Shown here in pieces: positions 27,426 through 37,100 of a stretch of DNA of 64,000 nucleotides. The notes beneath the pieces were generated by a model. It had not been told where the DNA came from, searched no databases, and was given only the letters and a program-made list of their open reading frames with translations. The stretch is from Candidatus Ozemobacteraceae bacterium (GTDB lineage Bacteria > Muiribacteriota > Ozemobacteria > Ozemobacterales > Ozemobacteraceae): positions 4,992,001 to 5,056,000 of the forward strand of contig OZ223236.1 in the NCBI GenBank assembly GCA_965140445.1, given 5' to 3'. Both the position numbers and the translations under genes were made by a program. How positions within the stretch are numbered: position 1 is the stretch's first letter; every line of letters starts with the position of its first letter.

Positions 27426-29516
27426 TTAAAACATAAACTTGAACAAATTGAAGAATTCCATCTGCATTTTCTTCATAAATTCTTTATTCCAGCTCAAAGC
27501 ATCTTCAAGGGTTATCTGTTGGCATCTTTCCAGATCTTTATAAAGAATCTGCTTGAAAACACGTGCAACTCTGAAGTCTTCAAAAGCAATGATATCTTCT
27601 GAGTCACAGGCATGGCTTCTTGAGTTCATATTGTAAGCGCCCAAAGTAACTGCAAAATCATCAAATAAACTAACTTTGGAATGCACTGTTTGTGCTCCAC
27701 GCCATTCATAAATCTCAGCACCTGCTCTTAGAACTTCTTCATAGCTGTCTCTTCCAGCCCATCCGCCACTTGGATGGTTATTGGATTCAATTGAGTTAGT
27801 TATAATTTTAACCTTAACTCCTCTTTTATTAGCTCTTCTGATCGCATCTTTAAGCTCATCAGTAGGAATAAAATAGGCTGATTCGAAGATCACTTCTTGT
27901 TTGGCACGATCAAGATAAAGAACAAACAAATCCAAAATGTTATCGTCCTGTTCTTCAATCGGCGTAGTTTTAACAAATCTACAATTTACATCTTCAACAT
28001 ATGGAGGGTTTTCAAAATAAACAGGGATTGGACCAGGAATTAAAGCAGACGTATCTTTAAGACCACTAAACTCGTTAATTTTCTGCTGAGCTTCCTTGTA
28101 TTTTTTCATTCCAGTTTCATTGAACTTCTTAAGAGTAAGTTCTTCCCAGTTATTTTCAAATAGCTTCAAGATTTCACTTACAATGGGACCCTCAAGTAAA
28201 ACATCAGTATCTCTCCAGCCATACTCCTCAATCTCACCTTTTGCATACTCGTCGCCAATGTTCATACCACCAACAACTGCAAATTTTTCATCAATAATGA
28301 AAAGTTTCTGATGAGATCGGAAATTTGCCTTAAAAATATTTTTTAGCACAGGGTTATTGATAAGAACCTCAACACCGCTATTTCTAAGACGCTGAATAAC
28401 ACCTTTTTTCTTTCCAAAAGAAAAGAAATCATCCAGAATCAACTTTACATCAACGCCATTATTCGCTCTTTCAATCATAATATCCGCAAGTTTGTTCCCT
28501 GTTTCGTCATCCTGGAACAACAGGGTCTGAACATACAAGCTGTATTGAGCTCTTTTGGCATATTCAAATCGATAATGAAAGCTGGTTCTTCCATTAACCA
28601 TTATTTTCGCTGAGTTACAAGGCAAAACTCTGGATCTTGTGATCTGATCGGCTGACCCTTTTGGGTAAGTTGCCACAACGGCCCTATCATAGTCATCCAG
28701 CATATTATCAAGCTTTCTGGCTTTAAAAAATCTGCTGGTGTTAGATACAAAATATGAGCCCAAACTAATCAGCTTTTTTGGCAATGCAAGCCAGGAAGTA
28801 GTCGAAAATTTCTGCCATCTGCTGATAGTCTGACTCTGAACAACTTTATATTCAGACCTTTTAGCAACAATTTTAGCTTTTTGTCTATACATCTTCATTC
28901 TGGCTAATGCCTGACGTCGGCTCTCAGGATCTTTATTTTTCTGGGCAAAACCAACAAGAACCTTTTGCGCTTCAGCAAGGCTTCCAGACATATCAAACAC
29001 CAGATCAGCAAGCTCAAAAGTAGCTTCTTTAACTAATTCTGGATCCTGGCAGGTTTTTATAAATTCCAAAAGCTTTTCTTTAAGCTCTTTTGCTTTCTTA
29101 CTTCTATCTGGGCTATAAAGCTCTGCCAAAAGTTTGTTAAAACTACTTCTAGCTTTTGAAACTCTACGAACAGACTGACTTGTTCCTTCTGTTGAAGAAC
29201 TCTCATCAGGGGATTGCACCTGAACACCGGGGGCGTCAGGAACTTCAAGCTTGTCGTATGTAGCATTAACGCCTATAGCTCTATAATAAGCGGCGCAAGC
29301 TTCTTTGAGACTGTCGGCCAATGCGGTAACTTTTGCTTCACTTGCCTGCGCTTTAACCGCATCAGTGTATTGCTTATGAATAGCCTGATATCGGTCAAAT
29401 AAAGTTTTCACTTCAGTTGAAGTCTGTTGAGAATAACCCGAGGTAACCCCTATAAACAGGAGAAATACAAGAGTCACAAGGACAGAATTCTTTCTGGTAT
29501 TCTTCATTATATCCAC
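27426..29516 (-). CDS. Exported phospholipase D / cardiolipin synthase-like protein with long N-terminal helical extension
   Basis: Two HxKxxxxD motifs (HQKLFIID...GGMNIG..Y; HSKVSLFD...GAYNMN), WRDTD, SAYFIP; N-terminal signal peptide. Start uncertain within about 10 bp. Confidence 0.9.
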   Translation of the reverse strand: MDIMKNTRKNSVLVTLVFLLFIGVTSGYSQQTSTEVKTLFDRYQAIHKQYTDAVKAQASEAKVTALADSLKEACAAYYRAIGVNATYDKLEVPDAPGVQVQSPDESSSTEGTSQSVRRVSKARSSFNKLLAELYSPDRSKKAKELKEKLLEFIKTCQDPELVKEATFELADLVFDMSGSLAEAQKVLVGFAQKNKDPESRRQALARMKMYRQKAKIVAKRSEYKVVQSQTISRWQKFSTTSWLALPKKLISLGSYFVSNTSRFFKARKLDNMLDDYDRAVVATYPKGSADQITRSRVLPCNSAKIMVNGRTSFHYRFEYAKRAQYSLYVQTLLFQDDETGNKLADIMIERANNGVDVKLILDDFFSFGKKKGVIQRLRNSGVEVLINNPVLKNIFKANFRSHQKLFIIDEKFAVVGGMNIGDEYAKGEIEEYGWRDTDVLLEGPIVSEILKLFENNWEELTLKKFNETGMKKYKEAQQKINEFSGLKDTSALIPGPIPVYFENPPYVEDVNCRFVKTTPIEEQDDNILDLFVLYLDRAKQEVIFESAYFIPTDELKDAIRRANKRGVKVKIITNSIESNNHPSGGWAGRDSYEEVLRAGAEIYEWRGAQTVHSKVSLFDDFAVTLGAYNMNSRSHACDSEDIIAFEDFRVARVFKQILYKDLERCQQITLEDALSWNKEFMKKMQMEFFNLFKFMF

Positions 29517-29616
29517 CCGAAAATTAAATTATTTTACTAATTATACTGAAAATAAGGTACACCCGCCATTAATGGCTGAAATTAAATATTCGTAAGTTTT
29601 AAACGATTTAAAATCA

Positions 29617-30603
29617 TTAACGGATCAATTTTTTTTCACTATAAAACTTTTGAGCCCCACGATGGAGCATTTCTGGCTTAATTCCCTTTAATGAATTATC
29701 TAAATATAAAGAGATTCCTGTGTCTTTCCTGATAAAATTTATGCCGTTTTTATCAAAAATCAGCTCAAGAATTTGTTCTGCCAACTGCGCATCAAGGCTT
29801 TCAGAGGTAATCAATAGCGCTCTTAACCCCATTGTTGGAACTTCAACCGATTGTCGAACATAAGAAGCAGATGGAATTATTTCTTTGGTAAAAAATGGAT
29901 AGACCTTTAAAAGCCTATCTTGAATAAACTCCGGGATAGTAACCAACCTTATCTCTGATTTAGATGCTAATCTGCTCAAACCATCAGCAGGAACCCCACC
30001 GATATAAAAAACAGCGTCTAGATAGCCATCTTTAAGGGATTCAGTAGCTTTGGTAAATCTTTCATAAATTGGATAATAATCACCAGAGCCAATTCCAGCA
30101 GCAGCAAAAATAAATTCTGCACTTACAGCACTGCCACTTCCTTTATTCCCGATTGCTATTTTTTTACCCTTTAAATCCTCAATGCTTTGTATGCCAGAAT
30201 CAGCTCTGGTAACAATTTGAATGACTTCAGAATACAAAGAAGCCATCACCCTAAGTCTTTTAAAGGGCCTTCCGGCAAAATTGTTTTCTCCATTGAAAGC
30301 CTGGAAAGCAACATCGCTCTGAACCAGAGCCATGTCAATCTGATTTCCTCTTAAATAATCAATATTTGCCACAGAGCCTTTTGTAGGTTCTGCAATAGAA
30401 ACAAAATTATCTAATTTTGAATTCAGTAAACGAGTAATCGAAGTGCCAAGAGGATAATAGGTACCATTAATACTCGCTGTTCCAAGAGAATAGAACCTTT
30501 TGACTAAATTTAAGCGATATTCCTGAGAAAAACCGCAGTTCGATATTGAAACAAAGCAAACCACAAAAATCGAAACGACTGTTAATGCCAACTTCCTATT
30601 CAT
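29617..30603 (-). CDS. TAXI family TRAP solute-binding protein
   Basis: GTASINGTYYPLG, TKGSVANI, ALVQSDVA, LYSEVIQIV, DLKGKKIAIG..GSG, LHRGAQKFY. ATG at 30603 with GGAGG RBS. Confidence 0.93.
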   Translation of the reverse strand: MNRKLALTVVSIFVVCFVSISNCGFSQEYRLNLVKRFYSLGTASINGTYYPLGTSITRLLNSKLDNFVSIAEPTKGSVANIDYLRGNQIDMALVQSDVAFQAFNGENNFAGRPFKRLRVMASLYSEVIQIVTRADSGIQSIEDLKGKKIAIGNKGSGSAVSAEFIFAAAGIGSGDYYPIYERFTKATESLKDGYLDAVFYIGGVPADGLSRLASKSEIRLVTIPEFIQDRLLKVYPFFTKEIIPSASYVRQSVEVPTMGLRALLITSESLDAQLAEQILELIFDKNGINFIRKDTGISLYLDNSLKGIKPEMLHRGAQKFYSEKKLIR

Positions 30604-32734
30604 TGTCTTCCTCCAAGCTTGAGGACCACACGGTTGTCTGGTTTCTACCATTTTTCTTACTGAAATATAGAGCTGTATCGGCCTTCCTGACGAGCTCTTC
30701 CTTTGTTTGAGCAACAGAAGGAAATTCTGCAACACCCTGGCTTATGGTAATTTTCAATTCATTTCCCGAATTATGAAGAACAAAGTTAGCAATCTTTTCT
30801 CTGAAGCGCTCAGCAAAAATCATTGCCTGCTCACAGTTTGTATGGGCCAATATCACAGCAAACTCTTCCCCTCCATATCGACAAGGAATATCGGTTGCCC
30901 TTACTGATTCCATAAGCATTCTGGAAACTTCCTTTAATACAAGATCACCAACTTGATGCCCGTATTCATCATTGAATTTTTTGAAAAAATCAATATCAAA
31001 AATAACCAGAGTAAGTGGCAAATCGAACCTCTTCGCTCTTTTCATTTCATCATCGAGACGCAATTGGAAATATCTGTGAATAAAAAGCTTTGTCAGCCCA
31101 TCAGTGATAGCTAGTTCATTTAAGCGAGCATTATCAATCGAAATTGCCAATTGATTTGCAATCGCCTGTAAAAGCTCAAGATCGTCGTCTCCAAATGGAG
31201 AATTTGTCGCCCTATCTGCAAGATTAATTACACCTATAACCCCGCCATGAACAATTAATGGGACTGAGACAAGTGTGTCAGGCGCTTTATATTTAGGATC
31301 CTTTTTATCATAATCTTTAAACCGATCATCCGCCTGACAATCCATACATAAAATAGCCTCACCAGTTTTAACCACCTGGCCAGCAATACCTTCTCCAATT
31401 TCAAATTCGATTCTCCCTGTGGGTTCAGCTTCTTCATCTGTAGCAATTTGCCCAAAGAGTTTTACACTTTCCAGTCTCAATTTCGACTTGTCATCAGATA
31501 AAAGCATTATTGAACCACGCTGAGCTAGAAAAATAGTAACAATGTGGGAAAGGCACTCATCAAGAGCCTGATGATATGTGGCTGAGCTGTTAATCAGCTG
31601 TGAAACCTTATACATAGCACTCAGTTCAAATACTTTTTTACGAATTCGAGTTGTCATTCGGTTAAAACAAATGGCAAGAAACCCTATTTCATCTTTTCTA
31701 TTTGATTTTACATTTACTCTCAAATTGCCTTCGCTCAATTCATTTGCTTTATCCGCAATTAAAATAATTGGCGAAGTAAGCCTGATACTAAAGAAGGTTC
31801 CGACGAGAAATGCAATCAAGCCGATTACAAAAATAACCATGTAAGTTCTACTTCTTATTTTCTTTGCGACAGAATAAACTTCACCAGCTTCCTGAAAAAC
31901 GAATATTCTTAAATTGTAATGAAGGATTGGTAAAGAAATACCAAGCTGAGGCGGCATATCTTCTTCAAATGAGCTAATATCATAGGCCCCACAAGGTCGC
32001 TCCATCAAATCTGAAATGAGCTCCTTTGGAAAATCCGGCTGATCAAGTATGTTTTCTCCTTCATGTGTAACCAGATAGTAATGAAAATTGGTTCCAAATG
32101 AGATTCCTTCCAAAGACTTGCGTAGTTTCAGAAATGACACCGAAGCAATCAATACAGGAGAATCCACCTTATCTGTTAATGGAACTTTTACATGAAAAGC
32201 TTCTGGAGAAAACATTATAGTTTGAGAAGAAACCATAACAAGCTCTTCAGGGACAGTTAAGTCTACAATTGCCTGCTTATCAAGCTTTGAATGGTTTAAA
32301 AGTTTGTTATCATTAGAACAGATGATTATTCTTTCTACAAACTCATAAGATTGATCAAGTTGTTTAAGCGCGTCAGCTGCCTCCTCGCTTGAAGGATCTG
32401 ACAATCGCCGATCTCTGGCAAGGAATCGCGTAAGGTCTTCGTACATCCGCACATATTCATCGACCTCATATTTAACCTGCTGAAAAGCCTGCAGATTACT
32501 TTTTATGAGAAGATCTCTTGAAATTTCGGTCAAAACCGTAAATGAATAAAGTCCTAAAATTAGCAAAGGAACAATGGTTACAAGAAAAATACTTAACCAG
32601 GTTTTAACTTTTATACTGTGAATGAAAGGAACTTTTCTTTCAGGCCAACGCCTCGATTTCTTTCCAGCAGTCTTTTTTGAAGGATTCCCCTCAGAATCAG
32701 CTTTGTTAGATATATTTTGCTGTTCTTCGCTCAT
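30596..32734 (-). CDS. Membrane diguanylate cyclase (TM-Cache-like-TM-HAMP-GAF-GGDEF)
   Basis: HAMP (DEIGFLAICFNRM), GAF (GEGIAGQV...DDRF...SVPL..GVINL), TDGLT, DIDFFKKFNDEYGH, I-site RATD, RYGGEEF. Start 32734 (ATG) or 32767 (GTG). Confidence 0.95.
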   Translation of the reverse strand: MSEEQQNISNKADSEGNPSKKTAGKKSRRWPERKVPFIHSIKVKTWLSIFLVTIVPLLILGLYSFTVLTEISRDLLIKSNLQAFQQVKYEVDEYVRMYEDLTRFLARDRRLSDPSSEEAADALKQLDQSYEFVERIIICSNDNKLLNHSKLDKQAIVDLTVPEELVMVSSQTIMFSPEAFHVKVPLTDKVDSPVLIASVSFLKLRKSLEGISFGTNFHYYLVTHEGENILDQPDFPKELISDLMERPCGAYDISSFEEDMPPQLGISLPILHYNLRIFVFQEAGEVYSVAKKIRSRTYMVIFVIGLIAFLVGTFFSIRLTSPIILIADKANELSEGNLRVNVKSNRKDEIGFLAICFNRMTTRIRKKVFELSAMYKVSQLINSSATYHQALDECLSHIVTIFLAQRGSIMLLSDDKSKLRLESVKLFGQIATDEEAEPTGRIEFEIGEGIAGQVVKTGEAILCMDCQADDRFKDYDKKDPKYKAPDTLVSVPLIVHGGVIGVINLADRATNSPFGDDDLELLQAIANQLAISIDNARLNELAITDGLTKLFIHRYFQLRLDDEMKRAKRFDLPLTLVIFDIDFFKKFNDEYGHQVGDLVLKEVSRMLMESVRATDIPCRYGGEEFAVILAHTNCEQAMIFAERFREKIANFVLHNSGNELKITISQGVAEFPSVAQTKEELVRKADTALYFSKKNGRNQTTVWSSSLEEDNE

Positions 32735-32871
32735 TAATTTGTCCTGTACACTAATTTCTGTTTTCACAGCTCTGTATATACTAGTCTAAGAGCTCAAAAA
32801 ATCCAAGAAAAGTTTTTATCTGAATCAGCGTCTTCGACGGCATCTTAGTTGCAAGAATATTGCAATCAAAT

Positions 32872-33567
32872 CTATCTGTTGAATAATGCCTGAGAAAATT
32901 TCTGCGCAAAGCCTCGATATGGCCTGGCTATAAAAGCCACCTCAGCGGGAGTTCTGTCGTTTATGTCCCGAATTTTATCTGAAGCCCCTGCTTTTATCAA
33001 AGCTGCTGCCGAGTCAATATAGCCACTAGCCCCGTTAGTTGAAAAAGGGAATTCTATTTTATTTTTTCCGCCATAAGCAAGCAGGTGAAGAGGAGTCTGT
33101 AGCTTTTTGTTAAGACAATTTAATGAAGCTTTATGCAGAATTAACAACTCAATGGTTTCCAGACATCCATTTCCAGCTGCAAAATGCAATGGGAAATTTC
33201 CATTAGAATCCGCAACATTTATATAAGCCCCTCTTGCCAATAAAAATCTTAAAATTTTCTTGTAATGGTAAAAAGCGGCATAATGCAGAGGAGTAGAATG
33301 ATACAAATTATCTTCAACATTAAGTTTTGCACCAGCTTCAATTAGCAATTTTACCATACGTAAATCGCCGCTCTTAACCGCCAGATGAATTGGAAATCTA
33401 CCTAATTCATCCTTCATATTAACAAAATCAGGCCGTTTCTTTAACTCTGACTTTACCTTTACATAGTTTTCATCTTCTATTAATTTGTGGAAGTCCTCAG
33501 CAATTAAGTTCTGGCTTAAGAATACTAAAGAAATGCAAAGTAAAAACCTGAAAAAACTCTGAATCAT
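32872..33567 (-). CDS. Exported ankyrin repeat protein
   Basis: Signal peptide; GRFPIHLAV, STPLHYAA, NFPLHFAA, QTPLHLLA, RTPAEVA repeats. Confidence 0.92.
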   Translation of the reverse strand: MIQSFFRFLLCISLVFLSQNLIAEDFHKLIEDENYVKVKSELKKRPDFVNMKDELGRFPIHLAVKSGDLRMVKLLIEAGAKLNVEDNLYHSTPLHYAAFYHYKKILRFLLARGAYINVADSNGNFPLHFAAGNGCLETIELLILHKASLNCLNKKLQTPLHLLAYGGKNKIEFPFSTNGASGYIDSAAALIKAGASDKIRDINDRTPAEVAFIARPYRGFAQKFSQALFNR

Positions 33568-33657
33568 ATTATTTTACGCCCTTTCAATAAAACAAGGGGC
33601 AAAGACAATTTTAACATCGCTCTGCTATAATAATTATATACTAACTTGGAGGAAAAA

Positions 33658-34161
33658 ATGAAAAGATCTTTGGCTTTCTTTATTTTTCTAATATTAATTT
33701 CCACACCTTTTTTGCATGCAGAAAAAATCGACGGTGTTCAAACCGCAATAATTTCAGAAAAGGTTTTGGTTGAAAGCATTGGCTTTGGATTAAAGGAACA
33801 AACGTTCAAGGTAGTTGAATTTAAACTTTCTGAAATGACATTAGTTGGCAATAATCAAAAAGCAGATTCGCAGCCACCCAAAGTAGTCGGGAAACTAAGT
33901 ATTGCAGGCATAGGGCATAAGCTGAAAATAATTAAGCCTCAGCTAGAAAACTTTGAAGCAGATATAGTTGTTCCATCTGAGGAAAAAGGTCTCTTCCTAC
34001 CAATTGGACATATTTCTTTAAAGCTCTCAGAAGCTGATGCAAAACACCTGGTAATGACTGGAGAATTGAAAATTCTAGTTGAAAATGACGAAGAAAACTC
34101 AGGAGAATTCAAAGTCTACCTGAATGTAAAACCAGCAGACACCAAAAACTTGAAAGATTGA
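33658..34161 (+). CDS. Exported hypothetical protein (beta-rich)
   Basis: GGAGG RBS before ATG at 33658; signal peptide ending LHA; no recognised domain. Confidence 0.7.
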   Translation: MKRSLAFFIFLILISTPFLHAEKIDGVQTAIISEKVLVESIGFGLKEQTFKVVEFKLSEMTLVGNNQKADSQPPKVVGKLSIAGIGHKLKIIKPQLENFEADIVVPSEEKGLFLPIGHISLKLSEADAKHLVMTGELKILVENDEENSGEFKVYLNVKPADTKNLKD

Positions 34162-34164
34162 TTT

Positions 34165-37100
34165 TTATCTAAAAATTGGCAAATAAAGGCTGACTTGTTC
34201 AGCCTTTCCTTTTAGCTCAACAAAACCAAACTCACGAAATTCAAGTTTGCTTTGAGCAAACTCGGTTATTGGTTTTCCAACCAAAAACCTTTCTCTAGGT
34301 AATTCTGAAGCTTTTGCACTAATTCGAGCCGCAGTATTAACAGTATCTCCGATAATTGTGAAATCCCTGTTTTTCCCAACTCCAAGGAGGCCAGCAATAA
34401 CTTCTCCACTATGCAATCCAACTGTTATTGGAAAATTGAAAACTCCCTCCCTCTCAGAGTTTCTAATTTCAGTTAAAGCATTCATGGCCGATTTAATGCT
34501 TTCTTCAATTCCCTCTGGATTGTAAAAAACCGCCAACATTTTTTCACCAATGATCTTATCAATATCTCCACCATTATTAATTATTATCTTACAGAGCAAA
34601 TCAACCTGATTTTTAAGGTCACAAACTAATTCACTTGAGTTAAGCGTGGTCAACCAGAATGAAAATTCCGGGATAGCTAAATACATAACTGCCACTTCAA
34701 GCTTGATTCCTTCTTCCGCATCCCTTACATTTTCCTCATTTGTGGTAGCAAGTCTGGCAATTCGAGATACCATAGTACCCATGATCTCTTTTTCTTCAAG
34801 ACCTCTTGCCATAGAATTAAACGAAGTAAACAGCTCTCCGATCTCGTCTCTCCTTGTATCTGGAAGCCTTAATGTGTAATTACCCGAAGCAACGCTTCTC
34901 ACTGATTCAGTCAGGTTCTTAATAGCTGAAGTCAGGTCAGAACTTGCTAACAAAGCGAGGAATAATATTCCGGCCATGGTCAATAAGAGATAGTCCAATA
35001 AACTTTTGCGATTATCCTCTATCTCTTTAAAAATTTTGTCCAAAGATGCCAGCCCGATCCAGATCATTACTTCGTTGTAACTACCTGTCTTTGCTTCTAC
35101 AAGATATTCTCTGTCGTAAAGTTTGATTCTCTCAGAAAAATTGCTTTTTTGTGCGTGTGCCCACCTTGCCATTCTTGAGGCATCTCGAAACCATCTCCCC
35201 TTAAAATCAAATTTAAATGATCCGTACATTACTCTGGATTCAGAAAATACATCATAATCGGTTTCGGAATCTTTAGCTATCCTACGGCATGAGCTATTTA
35301 AATCATCGAGATATAACCAGAAAAATATAGCATCAGGTTTAATTAGACTCGGAGCTGCTATCAATTTTAAATAAGCTAAACCGCTTGCTGCAAACACTTT
35401 AATCGGAAGATTTAAACCGTGGACAACTTTAAAATAATTGTCTGATCCAAGTAAAGTTCTAGCAACCGATAGTCCCGCATCTCTTGTCATTTCCCCCTTT
35501 AATGCAGCGCCAAGATTCTGCTGATTCTTTTTGGGAAAATCATCGGCCTTGAGGTCTTTAAATATTGAATTAACAACAACTTCAACAAACTTTCTGAAAG
35601 CACTAGATTCTCTGGCCCCTTCATTTTTATTAACGGTAGTTTGCTCTCCCTTGTTAGTGCAAACCATCATTTCCATAAATCTTGTACCATCGCGAAGATT
35701 GTAACGCTGTTCTTCTTCAAGAATAGCTAACTTTAGCTTTTCCTTATTCTCAATAGTTGGATTATTACCGAAAATATTTGCTAGTGACAAAACTTTTTTT
35801 GAATTCGAGATGCAATCATACTGATGCCAATCAAGGGGTTCATGCAAATACTGCCTTCTCTCAAGGCGTTCGAAAGTATGGAGCATAGAATTTCTCTCTT
35901 CTTTAACCCTAAGCTCTCTTTGCTCAATAGCAAACCATTCGTTTACCATATATATCGTGCAAATAGGAACAATTGAAGCTGCTAACAAGCCAGTCCATAA
36001 TTGCCACGAAAACCTTTGCGAAATAGCCCCTTCTTTAAAAACGGAAATATACCAAACACACAATAAAAATGTTAGCAGCAATAGTGCAAACAAGTTTTTT
36101 GCCGAAAGCACTTCATAATTTAAAGTCTGAAGCTTTTCAGCAGCTATAATCTCATATTTTTCTTCGCCAGATTCAATCCAGCTTGTTTCGGTAACCCATT
36201 GCGAACTAATCTTTTCATCAATTTGGCTTTTTGCAGACAGATCTGGAAAACCATTGGTTTTTCCAATTACATTTCCACTTTTATCTTTTACAAGAATTTC
36301 GATCCCTATCTCTTGTGCAGTTGCAAGAAATAGATTAGCCAGCTTTCCTTCTTCGACCGACCTGGGAAAAAGAATAAAAAGAATTCCGACTTGAATAACG
36401 GCATCTGGTCCCGCCTGACTTCCAATATTATATTGGTCACTGTTTATTCTTTTCGGTGGTCTTTTTGCAGGGTTCCACTTAAAGATTGGTCTCCAATAAA
36501 GCAATTCATCTTTTCCCATTCTTTTGATGGGAATAATTCTAGCAACCATATCATTGTACAAATGAGTCGCTTCAACCTCCTTACCAATCAGAAAGGGCAA
36601 ATGAGGAACAAATGCTGTCAAATCATGGTAACCACTAAAATAGCGTTTTTTCGCTAACAACCTTAGCAGCTCAAGGTATTCATTTTCTTGGGGCCCCGCT
36701 CCGATCGAACGTATCAATTGCCAATTTTCGTCAGGAACCCTATACGTAAAATCGCCTGGCTTATGCAAACACATATAAACGCTTGGAGTTAAATGAATTG
36801 AAGATAACGATTTGAAAACAGAATCCGACATTTTTAGCAAACTTGAAGAAGCAATTCCATTCTTATTCCACGGAATCTCATCAGAATATTTCTCTGTTAA
36901 TCCATCAAGATAATCTTCTAATAAAAAGTGATTAGCTTTTTTCACTCTAAACTTAGCGATTGTACTTTCAATTCTGCTTTTAGCCTGGTCATAAAGCACC
37001 TTTTCTTTATTCTTAGAGGTTGAGAATTCCTTTTGAACCATTACTAAAAAAGGCAAGAATAGGGCTATTGCACCAAAGAAAAATACCAATTTCGAAAAAC

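Noticed and set aside
27426..29516. PLD as a defence nuclease (DrmC/Nuc type)
   Set aside because: Two HKD motifs with cardiolipin-synthase-type context (GGMNIG, WRDTD) and a signal peptide fit a lipid-acting enzyme.
32849..32865. TTGCAA-N5-TTGCAA repeat upstream of the diguanylate cyclase
   Set aside because: Short and AT-rich, with no second copy or cognate regulator noticed; could be chance.
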